DNA of 64,000 nucleotides from an uncultured Gemmatimonadales bacterium (GTDB lineage: Bacteria; Gemmatimonadota; Gemmatimonadetes; Gemmatimonadales; GWC2-71-9). The position numbers and the translations under genes were made by a program. This document shows, piece by piece, positions 55,408 to 64,000 of the stretch (positions are counted from its first letter, which is position 1; every line of letters starts with the position of its first letter). The notes under the pieces were generated by a model, which was not told the DNA's origin, did not search any database, and worked only from the letters and a program-made list of their open reading frames with translations. The stretch is from assembly GCA_963748815.1 (NCBI GenBank), contig CAVVKJ010000017.1, positions 32,001-96,000 on the forward strand, written 5' to 3'.

Positions 55408-56858
55408 CAGGGCTGGCTGGGAGCCGCCGCACCGATCGGCGGCGGGCCGGCCGCAGGCTGCACCGGGCCACCCTGGCCCGGCGCGCCGCCGGCACCCGGG
55501 GGCGCGGCCTGCTCCGCCGCCGCGGCCGAGGCGAGCTCGACCGCGCGGGTGATGCCAGGCTGGCTGATCTTGCCGCCTTCCTGGTCACGCAGCACCTGGC
55601 CGAGAGCGCCCGGCAGCGGCCGCAGGCGAGCAGTCTGGGCAAAGACCTGGTTGAAGAAATCCTCCACCCGGCCCTGCGCGACCCGCTCCCGCTCCGAGAC
55701 GGCCGCGGAGGGGTCGATCACGTCGGCTCCGAGCCCGATGGTCAGCTTGAGGGTATCGATGACGCCCTGGTAGCTCGCTTCCATCGCCGCCCACTGGTCG
55801 GCCGGGAGCGTAATGCCGGCGGAATCCGCCTGGGCCAGCAACAGCTGGTTGGTGGAGAGCGCCTTGGCGAATTGCGTGAGCTGCTCGTCGCTCGCTTCCC
55901 GGACCTGCGAGGCGAACTGGGGAGGCAGTGCGCTCAGCCACCGGAGGTACTCGGCCACCGTCAGCTTGCCGCCCTTGTACTTCGAGATCGCCTTGCCGGA
56001 CTTCCGCATGCCGCTCTTGTCAGCGAGGCCGGCCCGCATGAGCGCCGGGGCGTCTGCCGAAATCGAGAGGTCATACTGGATGGAAAGGCTGTCCATGTAG
56101 ATGCTGTCGAGCCGCCGCGTGGCGTCCTGGGTCAGGTAGGCCACGACCTTGTCGCGGGAATCTTCCATCGTGGGCCGACGGATGATATGGTAGCCGAAGG
56201 GCGTCTCGACCAGGCCGGAGGTCTGGCCGGGATTCAGGCGCCAGGCGGCGGAGTCGAACGCGGTCACGTAGGCACCGGGCTTGGCCGGCGGCATCCAGCC
56301 ACCGTTCGCCTTGCTCCCCGGGTCGTCCGACAGCTGCGAGGCGAGGAGGTCGAAGTTGGCCCCCTGCTGCAACTGGTTGAGCGCGAGCTGCGCCTTCTTC
56401 TTCGCCGCAGCGCGCTCTTCCGGTGCGGCGGTGGCCTGCACGCCGATGAGGATGTGCTGGAGGACGCGCACGGTGTCCGCGAGGTACATGCTGTCCGCAG
56501 CGCCGGGCTGCGGCTGCTCGCGCCGCGCGGCCAGGGTGTCGTACCAGATAGCGCCCTTGGCCTCGGCCACCTGCGGCCAGAGGACCGTGGCCACCATCGC
56601 CGAGTCGGTCTTGAGGGTCCCGCGGGCGACCGCCTGGGCGAACAGGGTGTAGTCGCTCCACACGGTGGCGATGAATTCGGCGGTCTCGGGATTCATCTGG
56701 GCGCCCTTGGCCTTCCCCATCATCTCGGCCAGTGCTTCGGCGGAGAGGGACTGGCCTGCGGCGGTGGCCGCCACGTCGGCATGAGCCGAGAAGAGGTCGC
56801 CAAAATTCGAGCAGCCCGCGAGCACGAGCACGCTGGCCGCCAGCACGATCCTGCGCAT
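55407..56858 (-). CDS. Parvulin-type peptidylprolyl isomerase lipoprotein
   Basis: Lipobox [26 protein letters not shown]. Confidence 0.85.
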   Translation of the reverse strand: MRRIVLAASVLVLAGCSNFGDLFSAHADVAATAAGQSLSAEALAEMMGKAKGAQMNPETAEFIATVWSDYTLFAQAVARGTLKTDSAMVATVLWPQVAEAKGAIWYDTLAARREQPQPGAADSMYLADTVRVLQHILIGVQATAAPEERAAAKKKAQLALNQLQQGANFDLLASQLSDDPGSKANGGWMPPAKPGAYVTAFDSAAWRLNPGQTSGLVETPFGYHIIRRPTMEDSRDKVVAYLTQDATRRLDSIYMDSLSIQYDLSISADAPALMRAGLADKSGMRKSGKAISKYKGGKLTVAEYLRWLSALPPQFASQVREASDEQLTQFAKALSTNQLLLAQADSAGITLPADQWAAMEASYQGVIDTLKLTIGLGADVIDPSAAVSERERVAQGRVEDFFNQVFAQTARLRPLPGALGQVLRDQEGGKISQPGITRAVELASAAAAEQAAPPGAGGAPGQGGPVQPAAGPPPIGAAAPSQP

Positions 56859-56891
56859 GTTCTCTCCAGTTTGGAAGTTCACCACGGGCCC

Positions 56892-59800
56892 CTAGGCCCG
56901 GACCATTTCGAGCGCGCGCACCAGCGCGGGGAGCAGGGCCTCGCCCCCGAGGCGCGTCAGCCGCAGGGAGAGCGGCACCGTGCGCCGGACATCGGCGGCG
57001 AGCTGCACGTCATCGAGCGCCGCCGCCAGCCCTGCCATGCGCGGAGCGGTGCCCGCGCGGAAGGTCAGGCGCGCCTCGTCGCCGCGAGCCACCACGTGTT
57101 GCAATCCGAGCCGGGCGCCGACCGCGCGCAACCGACTGAGGTTCAGCAGCGTTTCCGCCTCGGGCGGCAGCGGTCCGAACCGCTCCCGCAATTCCGCGCC
57201 AAGCCCTTGAATGTCGCCAGATGACCCCGCCCGCGCCAGTCGGCGATAGATGTCGAGCTTCGACTCGTCGTCCGCCACGTAGGTGTCCGGCAGCCGCGCC
57301 GGCGTGTCGAGCACCACCTCGGGTGGGGCCGGATCCTCCACCCCGCCCTTCCCCCGGAGCGACTGGACGGTTTCCTCCAGCCACCGCATGTACAGGTCGA
57401 ACCCGACCGCATGCGCATGGCCCGACTGTTCCGCGCCGAGGAGATTCCCCGCCCCGCGCAACTCCATGTCCTTGAGTGCGATGCGGTACCCGGCCCCAAG
57501 GTCGCTGTTGTGCTCCAGGACCTTGAGCCGCTCCTCCGCCACCAGGTCGACCTCGTCGGGCGCCAGCAGGTAGCAGTAGGCGCGCCGGTGGCTCCGCCCC
57601 ACCCTCCCCCGCAACTGGTACAGCTGGGCCAGCCCGAACCGGTGGGCGTCGTGCACCACCATCGTGTTCGCGTTCGGGACGTCGAGTCCAGACTCCACGA
57701 TCATCGTGGAGACGAGGATGTCGAGGTCGCCCGCCACAAACTGCTGCATCACCGACTCGAGCTGGTCCGCCGGCATCTGTCCATGCGCCACCCCCACCCG
57801 GGCCCGCGGCGCGAGGGCCCGCACCCGGGCCGCGTAGGTGTCGATGGTGTCGATCCGGTTGTGCACCATGAACACCTGGCCCCCGCGGTCGAGCTCCCGC
57901 GCAAACGCCTCCTCGAGCAGCGAGTCGTCCCAGGGCTCCACGAAGGTGAGGATGGGAGAGCGGTCGCGGGGCGGGGTCTCGATCAGCGTGAGGTCGCGCA
58001 TCCCGGAGAGGGAGAGGTGCAGCGTCCGCGGAATCGGCGTGGCTGTCATGGTGAGCACGTCCACCGCCAACCGGAGTGCCTTGATCCGTTCCTTGTGCTT
58101 CACGCCGAACCGGTGCTCCTCGTCGACCACCAGGAGCCCGATGTCCTTGAACGTCACGTCCGGCGAGAGGAGCCGGTGCGTCCCGATCACGATATCCGTC
58201 TCGCCGGAGGCGAGCCGTCCCAGCGCCGCCTTCTGTTCCCTGGCGCTGCGGAACCGGGACAGGACCTCGACCTTGACCGGGAAGTCCGCCATCCGCTCCG
58301 TGAAGGTCCGGCCGTGCTGCTCGGCGAGGATCGTCGTCGGCACGAGCACCGCCACCTGCTTGCCCCCCTGCACCGACTTGAACGCCGCGCGGACCGCCAC
58401 TTCGGTCTTCCCATACCCCACGTCGCCGACCAGCAGCCGGTCCATCGGGACAGGGCGCTCCATGTCACGGCGGACCTCCTCGATGGCCTTGGCCTGGTCG
58501 GGGGTGTCCTCGTAGAGGAAGCTGGCCTCGAGCTCCCGCTGCCACTTGGTGTCCGGGGGGAAGGCGTATCCCGCCTGCACCGTTCGCCGCGCGTACAGGT
58601 CGAGCAGCTCCGCCGCCATCTGCCGGATCGCCTGCCGGGTCTTTTCCCGGGTCCGTTTCCAGGCCGGCCCGCCGAGGCGGTGCAGTTTGGGCGGCGGCCG
58701 GTCGCCGTCCTCGCCGGCGGAGCGGTAGCGCTCGAGCTGGTCGAGCCGATAGAGGGGCACATTGAGCCGGTCGCCCCCCTCGTACTCCACGACGGCGACC
58801 TCGAGGAGGCCGCCTCCGACCGTGATCGTGTCGATGCCCCGGTAGATCCCGATGCCATGGTCGAGGTGGACGACGTAGTCGCCGGCGGCGAGCGCCCCGG
58901 TGGCGGCGGTGGGCGCCGCCTGCCGGTAGCGACGAGGCCGCCGCAGCCGACGGGCGCGGCGGAAGATCTCGTGGTCGGTGAGGACGCGGAGCGCCGGGAG
59001 GACGAACCCGCCGTCGAGCGCCCCGACCGCCATCGAGGCGTGCGGACCGCGATGCCCCTCGCTCAGCAACTCCTCGAGACGTTCGAGCTGCCCCTCGTTG
59101 TCGCAGAGGAGCAGGGTCGGCTGGCCCCCGGCCAGCAGGGCCCGGAGTCGCGGAATTTCCCGGTCGATCCGCTCCGGCGGGAGGAATCCCATCTGGAGAT
59201 CGACCGCCTCCTCACGCACCAGCACCCGCGCGAAGGCAGCCCGGCGCTCCCGCCAGCGCTCGGGCGACTCGTAGAGGTCGCCCCGGCCGGGCACATCTTC
59301 CCCCATCCGTCGCGAGAGCTCGAGGTGATGCTCGGCCTCGGACCAGGCGCGGTCGACCTCGTCGGCATCGGGCCCCTCGGCCTCCTCGACCAGCAGGGTG
59401 TCGGCGGCGAGCAGTTCGAGCAGCGAGCTCCGCGTGGGCGCGCGATGGTCGTCGGGCGCCGCGCCGCGCGGCGTTCCGCCGACCGGCAGCACCGTCACCT
59501 CGTCGAGGTCTTCGAGCGACCGCTGCGTCGTGAGGTCGAATCCGCGCAGCGAGGCGAGGACGTCGCCCCACCACTCGCAGCGCGCCGCCGTCGTCATGCC
59601 GAAGCCATAGACGTCCACGATACCGCCGCGCACGCTGAATTCCGCGACCTCGGTCACCGTGGGGACGCGGCGATACCCCATCGACTCGAGAGCGGAGACC
59701 ACCGCCGTGAGCCCGGGGGTATCGGTCCGCCCGGGGGCCAGCCGCAGGGTGGCCGCCCGCAGCCAGGCGGGAACACCGGTGCGCTCCGCCGAGGCGCGCG

Positions 59801-60164
59801 CCGTGGTCACCAGGATCCGGATCCGGCCCTCCACCAGCGCCTGCAGCGTCTCGACTCGTTCGCCGGCGATCTCGTGGTGCGGTTCCTCTTCGCCGAGCCC
59901 TTCCCGCTGCGGATACAGTGCGGTCGCCGCGTCGGTCAACCGCTGGAGGTCGCTGAGCCAGCGCTCGGCTTCCGCCGGGGTCGTCGCCATCACCGCGAAG
60001 AGGCGGTCGGGGTGGCGTCGCGCGAGCCAGGCCACGAGCGCGGCACCGCTGGAGCCCGGCAATCCGCCGAGGGCCAGGCGGCCGCCACGCCCGGGCAGCC
60101 GGGACGCCATCTCGAGGGCGGTTGGAGTCCGGTCGAGGGTGTCGAGCAGAAGGGCGAGGGTCAC
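56892..60164 (-). CDS. mfd: Transcription-repair coupling factor
   Basis: RGGIVD, CarD domain, GDVGYGKTEV, DEEHRFG, ATPIPRT, QLRGRVGR, TRCF domain. Confidence 0.97.
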   Translation of the reverse strand: MTLALLLDTLDRTPTALEMASRLPGRGGRLALGGLPGSSGAALVAWLARRHPDRLFAVMATTPAEAERWLSDLQRLTDAATALYPQREGLGEEEPHHEIAGERVETLQALVEGRIRILVTTARASAERTGVPAWLRAATLRLAPGRTDTPGLTAVVSALESMGYRRVPTVTEVAEFSVRGGIVDVYGFGMTTAARCEWWGDVLASLRGFDLTTQRSLEDLDEVTVLPVGGTPRGAAPDDHRAPTRSSLLELLAADTLLVEEAEGPDADEVDRAWSEAEHHLELSRRMGEDVPGRGDLYESPERWRERRAAFARVLVREEAVDLQMGFLPPERIDREIPRLRALLAGGQPTLLLCDNEGQLERLEELLSEGHRGPHASMAVGALDGGFVLPALRVLTDHEIFRRARRLRRPRRYRQAAPTAATGALAAGDYVVHLDHGIGIYRGIDTITVGGGLLEVAVVEYEGGDRLNVPLYRLDQLERYRSAGEDGDRPPPKLHRLGGPAWKRTREKTRQAIRQMAAELLDLYARRTVQAGYAFPPDTKWQRELEASFLYEDTPDQAKAIEEVRRDMERPVPMDRLLVGDVGYGKTEVAVRAAFKSVQGGKQVAVLVPTTILAEQHGRTFTERMADFPVKVEVLSRFRSAREQKAALGRLASGETDIVIGTHRLLSPDVTFKDIGLLVVDEEHRFGVKHKERIKALRLAVDVLTMTATPIPRTLHLSLSGMRDLTLIETPPRDRSPILTFVEPWDDSLLEEAFARELDRGGQVFMVHNRIDTIDTYAARVRALAPRARVGVAHGQMPADQLESVMQQFVAGDLDILVSTMIVESGLDVPNANTMVVHDAHRFGLAQLYQLRGRVGRSHRRAYCYLLAPDEVDLVAEERLKVLEHNSDLGAGYRIALKDMELRGAGNLLGAEQSGHAHAVGFDLYMRWLEETVQSLRGKGGVEDPAPPEVVLDTPARLPDTYVADDESKLDIYRRLARAGSSGDIQGLGAELRERFGPLPPEAETLLNLSRLRAVGARLGLQHVVARGDEARLTFRAGTAPRMAGLAAALDDVQLAADVRRTVPLSLRLTRLGGEALLPALVRALEMVRA

Positions 60165-61945
60165 GCCGTCCGCCTGTGGAAGCTGGCGAGCCCGACTTCG
60201 ATGAGTCCGAGCAGCAAGGCCAGCCAGAGCAGCGGGCCGCGGAGATGCGCTCGCGCCCCGGCGGCGAACGCCGCTTCCCCAAGGCGCGGGAGCGGGACGA
60301 GGCGCGCCCCGGGCCAGAGCGCCTCGAGTTGCGCGCGCGGTGCGGTCCGCAACTCCGATTCTCGGGGATCAAGATTGACGGCGAGGGCGCCCAGTGTGTC
60401 GGCGCCTGACTGGAGCAGGTAGATCCCGGTGGCCGGCGGGCGCCAGGACGCGCCCCCTTCCACCCGCCAGACCCGGCCGCCCTCAGTCACGATATCCACG
60501 TTGTCGGGAAGGCGGACCGGTTCACCAGGCGATCCCGTCACCAGCGCCTGCTCGCCCCGCACCAGACGGTTGGCCAGCGCGTCGACCAGCGGCACGAACG
60601 CCGTCGAGGTGGGCAAGCCGGTCCAGGCCGGTTCGAGCCGGCTGCCCAGGAGGACGACGTCGCCCGCGCGGACGATCCACGGCTCTCCCGCGACTGTGGC
60701 CTCGATGCCGCGCGCCGCACCGCCGAGGTACGTGAGCTGGAGCCGGCGGCTCACCCGCGTGGATGGCAGGAGCAGACCGCTGTCGCTCCGCTGTTCCCGG
60801 ACCACCGGTCCCCCGAATCGCCACGGGACTCCGCGGCGCTCGAGGGCGCGGTTGAGGGACCCGAGCGCGGCGAGGTCGGTCGGGGGCTGCACCACTGAAG
60901 CGCCGGCGCCCAGCCACCCGAGGGTCACCTCCGTTCCCTGCTGCAGCCGCCCTCCCTCCCGCAGGGTCGCGGCCGCCGCCGAGATGTAGGTGTCCGCCGG
61001 ATCCCACTGCGCACTCGCCACCGGCAGCACCCGCACGAGCGTGCGACGGCGATCATCGGCCCGGAACTCGTCGGGATCGAGTTCGGCGCTGAGCGGCCAC
61101 CAGCCGGCCACGGGGGCTGCGACCATCACCTCGAGCGTGGGACCGACGGTCGCCAGCTGCGGACGACTGGCACGGTCCCCGAGTTGAACGGCCATCGGAG
61201 CGGTGCGACCGGAATCCCCGAGCAGCCGAACCCGGACGCGAGTGTCCCCCGGCGACCACGGCTGCGGGCCGGGCTCGAGTGCGGCGACACCGAGGTTCGG
61301 GGGCGAAACAATGCCGGGGAGGCCGACCACCAGTGGCACCCCCACGTCCGCCGCGGACAGCGCGCTGCCCTGCAGGTCGGAGAGGAGGATGATTTCCGCC
61401 GGGCGATCCGCGGTGGCGGCAAGGTCGCGCGCCTGGGTGAGCGCCGCCCCCAGGTCGAGGCGGATCTCGGACGGGCGCAACGAATCGACCGCCGCCCTCA
61501 GTGTCTCCTCTGAGGCGCGCCGGGCGAGTCCATCGGCGGTCACCAGCCAGAGGGCGTCCTCCGGCGTGGCCTTGTCGAGCACCGCGCTGGCCGCCTGACG
61601 GAGCCGATCGAGCATCGGGGTCCCGTCGGTGACGGCGCCGCTGCTGGGCGAGTTGTCGAGCACCAGCACCAGCGCCGTCGGCGCGTGACCGCTCAGGCCG
61701 TCACGGGCGAGGGTCGGGCCGGCCGCCGCCAGGAGCAGCGCCAGCATCAGGAGGGTGCGGACGAGGAGGAGGAGCCAGTGCTGGAGCTTGAGGCGGCGGC
61801 GATGGTCCCGGGTGACCTGCTGGAGATACCGCACGGCCGGGAACGGGACGGTCGGGGGCTGCCGGCGGGCCACGAGGTGCAGGATGAGCGGCAGGCTCGC
61901 CAGGGGAAGCGCCCAAAGCCAAAGGGGATTGAGAAACCCCGTCAT
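60161..61945 (-). CDS. BatA N-terminal + vWA domain membrane protein
   Basis: FLNP..LW.L...LP.ILHL; DNSPSS; LSDLQ. Confidence 0.85.
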   Translation of the reverse strand: MTGFLNPLWLWALPLASLPLILHLVARRQPPTVPFPAVRYLQQVTRDHRRRLKLQHWLLLLVRTLLMLALLLAAAGPTLARDGLSGHAPTALVLVLDNSPSSGAVTDGTPMLDRLRQAASAVLDKATPEDALWLVTADGLARRASEETLRAAVDSLRPSEIRLDLGAALTQARDLAATADRPAEIILLSDLQGSALSAADVGVPLVVGLPGIVSPPNLGVAALEPGPQPWSPGDTRVRVRLLGDSGRTAPMAVQLGDRASRPQLATVGPTLEVMVAAPVAGWWPLSAELDPDEFRADDRRRTLVRVLPVASAQWDPADTYISAAAATLREGGRLQQGTEVTLGWLGAGASVVQPPTDLAALGSLNRALERRGVPWRFGGPVVREQRSDSGLLLPSTRVSRRLQLTYLGGAARGIEATVAGEPWIVRAGDVVLLGSRLEPAWTGLPTSTAFVPLVDALANRLVRGEQALVTGSPGEPVRLPDNVDIVTEGGRVWRVEGGASWRPPATGIYLLQSGADTLGALAVNLDPRESELRTAPRAQLEALWPGARLVPLPRLGEAAFAAGARAHLRGPLLWLALLLGLIEVGLASFHRRTA

Positions 61946-62859
61946 GCGATGCCGCCGGGCCGGACCAGGGCCTCACGCAACGCCTGACCAAAGGGAAGAT
62001 CGGTCCTGATCGCGTGGTACCGGATCCCCTCGCGACGGAGCGACACCCGCCAGTCGGTGATGGCCTGCCCGACCGTCGCGCGGTAGACCTCGGCCCAGTC
62101 GCGCGGTCGCAGGATCACCGCATCCGCTGTCTCCGGGTCCTCGTAGCGGACCTCGGCCGGCCCATCCAGCTCCAACTCCGCCGGGTCGAGCAGGTGAAGC
62201 ACCAGCACGGAGTGCCCACGATGGCGGAGGAACTTGAGCGCATGCAGGGCGGGCGCGCGGTCGAGGAGCAGGTCGGAGACGAATACCACCAGCCCGCGGC
62301 GGCGGAGTCGCTCGACCACCCCGTGCAGCGCGGGGGCGGCGGCCGTCATTCGTCCCGGGGAGAGGGTGGCGAGCGCAGCGGCGAGGCGCATCCAATGCGC
62401 GCGGCTCACGCGCGGGGGGAGGGTGAGTCGCACGGTCTCGTCGAAGGCCACCAGCCCGGTCGCGTCCCGCTGGCGGAGCAGGACCAGGGAAAGCGCCGCG
62501 CAAAGGCGGCGGGCATACTCGAACTTGGAGAGCCGGGACTCCGGAGCACCTGACCAGTCCATCGATCGGCTGGCGTCGAGGACGACCATCGCCCGAAGGT
62601 TGGTCTCCTCCTCGAACTGCTTGACGTACAACCGGTCCTTCCGGCCGAGGAGCTTCCAGTCGACGTAGCGGAGTTCGTCGCCGGGCTGGTACATCCTGTG
62701 CTCGGCAAATTCGACGGAGAAGCCGCGGCGGGGGGAGCGATGCAGCCCGGCCAGAAACCCCTCCACGAGCCCTTCAGTCACGACCTCCAGTCCGCCGAGG
62801 CGGGAAACCTCGAAGGGGTCGAGCAGGTCGAGCCGGGCGGCGCCGTGGGTGGTGGCCAT
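61942..62859 (-). CDS. DUF58 (vWA) protein
   Basis: GLHRSP.RG.SVEFAEHR.Y.PGD..R.VDWK, FEEETN, DASRSM. Confidence 0.92.
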   Translation of the reverse strand: MATTHGAARLDLLDPFEVSRLGGLEVVTEGLVEGFLAGLHRSPRRGFSVEFAEHRMYQPGDELRYVDWKLLGRKDRLYVKQFEEETNLRAMVVLDASRSMDWSGAPESRLSKFEYARRLCAALSLVLLRQRDATGLVAFDETVRLTLPPRVSRAHWMRLAAALATLSPGRMTAAAPALHGVVERLRRRGLVVFVSDLLLDRAPALHALKFLRHRGHSVLVLHLLDPAELELDGPAEVRYEDPETADAVILRPRDWAEVYRATVGQAITDWRVSLRREGIRYHAIRTDLPFGQALREALVRPGGIA

Positions 62860-63062
62860 GCGGGCGGCAACGTACCGGGGAATGACGCGGGAAGTCAACG
62901 CGGACCCGGGATGTACCCCGAGGGGGACATCGGCGGCCGGTTCGTGCCGGCCCGGAAATGGCGCAAACGCTTGTCGGGGATGATATTATGAGCCGGTTGA
63001 TGGGTGGCACGCGCCCTGCTTACCTCTGCAGGTCTCGACGTGGTTGTCATCCAGGAGGTTTC

Positions 63063-63398
63063 GTGCTGGTTCCCCTGTTCCTGCTCTCCATGGCCGCTGC
63101 CCAGACTCCGACGCCGAAGCCGGCGGCGGAGCCGCCGCGCGCGGAGCAGGAGCAGAAGCCGAAGCAGGAACCCGCCAAGGCGGCACCCCAGAAAGCCCAG
63201 GACCCTGCCCCAAAATCGGCACCGAAACAGCAGCCAAAGTCCGCGACTCCCTCGAAACCGAAGCAGGCGGCCCCGCCCCGACCATCGGGTGGTAGCACCG
63301 GGCCGTCCCGGTCCTCGGCCCCCCGCACCAGCCCCAGCGCACCCCGATCTCCTCCGAAGGCGACGGGGGAACCGAAGCTCAAACGTCGGAAGCCCTGA
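63063..63398 (+). CDS. Exported low-complexity Pro/Lys/Ala-rich protein
   Basis: AGGAGG RBS before GTG; signal peptide; ends GEPKLKRRKP. Confidence 0.55.
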   Translation: MLVPLFLLSMAAAQTPTPKPAAEPPRAEQEQKPKQEPAKAAPQKAQDPAPKSAPKQQPKSATPSKPKQAAPPRPSGGSTGPSRSSAPRTSPSAPRSPPKATGEPKLKRRKP

Positions 63399-63509
63399 AA
63401 CTCCCACCCCGCTCGAGCCGTAGCGACACCGGGCCCGGCACGCGTAGTTTGCCTGCCGGGCCAACTCGTATTCCCGATTGACTGACTCACTCATCGACCG
63501 AGACCACGC

Positions 63510-64000
63510 ATGCGATACCTGCTCACCTTCGCCCTGTTCACCGCGTCTCCCCTCGCCGCCCAGGCGCCCGCCACCGTCGTCCCGCCGCCCACGTCGGCGG
63601 TCAAGAATGCGGCGGCGACCATCACGGCGGCGGACGTGGCCAAGCGCGTCAACATCATCGCCGACGACTCGATGATGGGCCGAGACACCCCGAGCCCGGG
63701 GCTCGAGATGACCGCGCAGTACGTGGCCGACCAGTTCAAGGCGTTCGGCCTCAAGCCGGGCGGCGAGAACGGCAGCTGGTTCCAGCGCTATGAAATCATG
63801 CAGACCCAGTTCGACCCCGCCGCGTCCCACGTCGGCTTCATGGCCGGCGGGAAGCACGTCCATGCGGACTTCACGACCAACGCCCGGTTCCTCTTCGGTT
63901 CGCCGCCCGCAAAGGAAGTCGGCGGGGCGGTGGTGGTGCTCGGCGGCACTCCGGACGAGGCGGCGCTGGAGCGCGTGGACGCCAAGGGAAAGGTCGTCGT
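63510..64000 (+). CDS. M28 family peptidase (partial, runs off the right edge)
   Basis: Signal peptide; IADDSMMGRDTPSPG...A.Y.A.QF...GLKP.G..GSWFQ. Confidence 0.8.
   Translation, partial: MRYLLTFALFTASPLAAQAPATVVPPPTSAVKNAAATITAADVAKRVNIIADDSMMGRDTPSPGLEMTAQYVADQFKAFGLKPGGENGSWFQRYEIMQTQFDPAASHVGFMAGGKHVHADFTTNARFLFGSPPAKEVGGAVVVLGGTPDEAALERVDAKGKVV

Noticed and set aside
49997..60422. Long antisense ORFs (49997-52414, 57411-60422, 54115-55773 and similar)
   Set aside because: Shadow ORFs of real genes in high-GC DNA; Arg/Pro-rich with no motifs.

Overview
High-GC bacterial window. The gene content (TPR-bearing Ser/Thr kinase, PadR-ADOP permease pair, mfd-surA-pdxA order) suggests Gemmatimonadota, but that is an inference. 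Many genes are broken by single-base indels, consistent with an unpolished long-read assembly. Left part: tail of a polysaccharide locus (methyltransferase, Wzi-like, VanZ-like, Wza/SLBB), a kinase, tryptophanase, a hydroxyproline catabolic operon joined to ftcD, and several small accessory modules. Main finding: a ~21.5 kb island bounded by a 23-bp direct repeat (27729-27751 and 49261-49283) that copies the 3' end of tRNA-Ile(GAT). No integrase is visible. The cargo is coherent with nitric-oxide/metal-cluster stress: (i) a CuA subunit II + heme-copper subunit I + SCO + membrane protein cluster whose active-site helix VI reads H-V-F-I-N rather than H-P-x-V-Y, i.e. sNOR-type NO reductase; (ii) a DUF488-SufR-like-Mrp-membrane protein-DUF59-multi-DUF2249-cupin-DinB-FolD-like operon with a clear promoter and palindromic operator; (iii) hemerythrin, UDG, two CMD/AhpD proteins, a Tat cupredoxin, PrpD, an island-borne trpS and a CLC channel. 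Right part: core genes (typA, CNNM/hemolysin, pdxA, two PPIases, mfd, BatA/vWA, DUF58, M28 peptidase).
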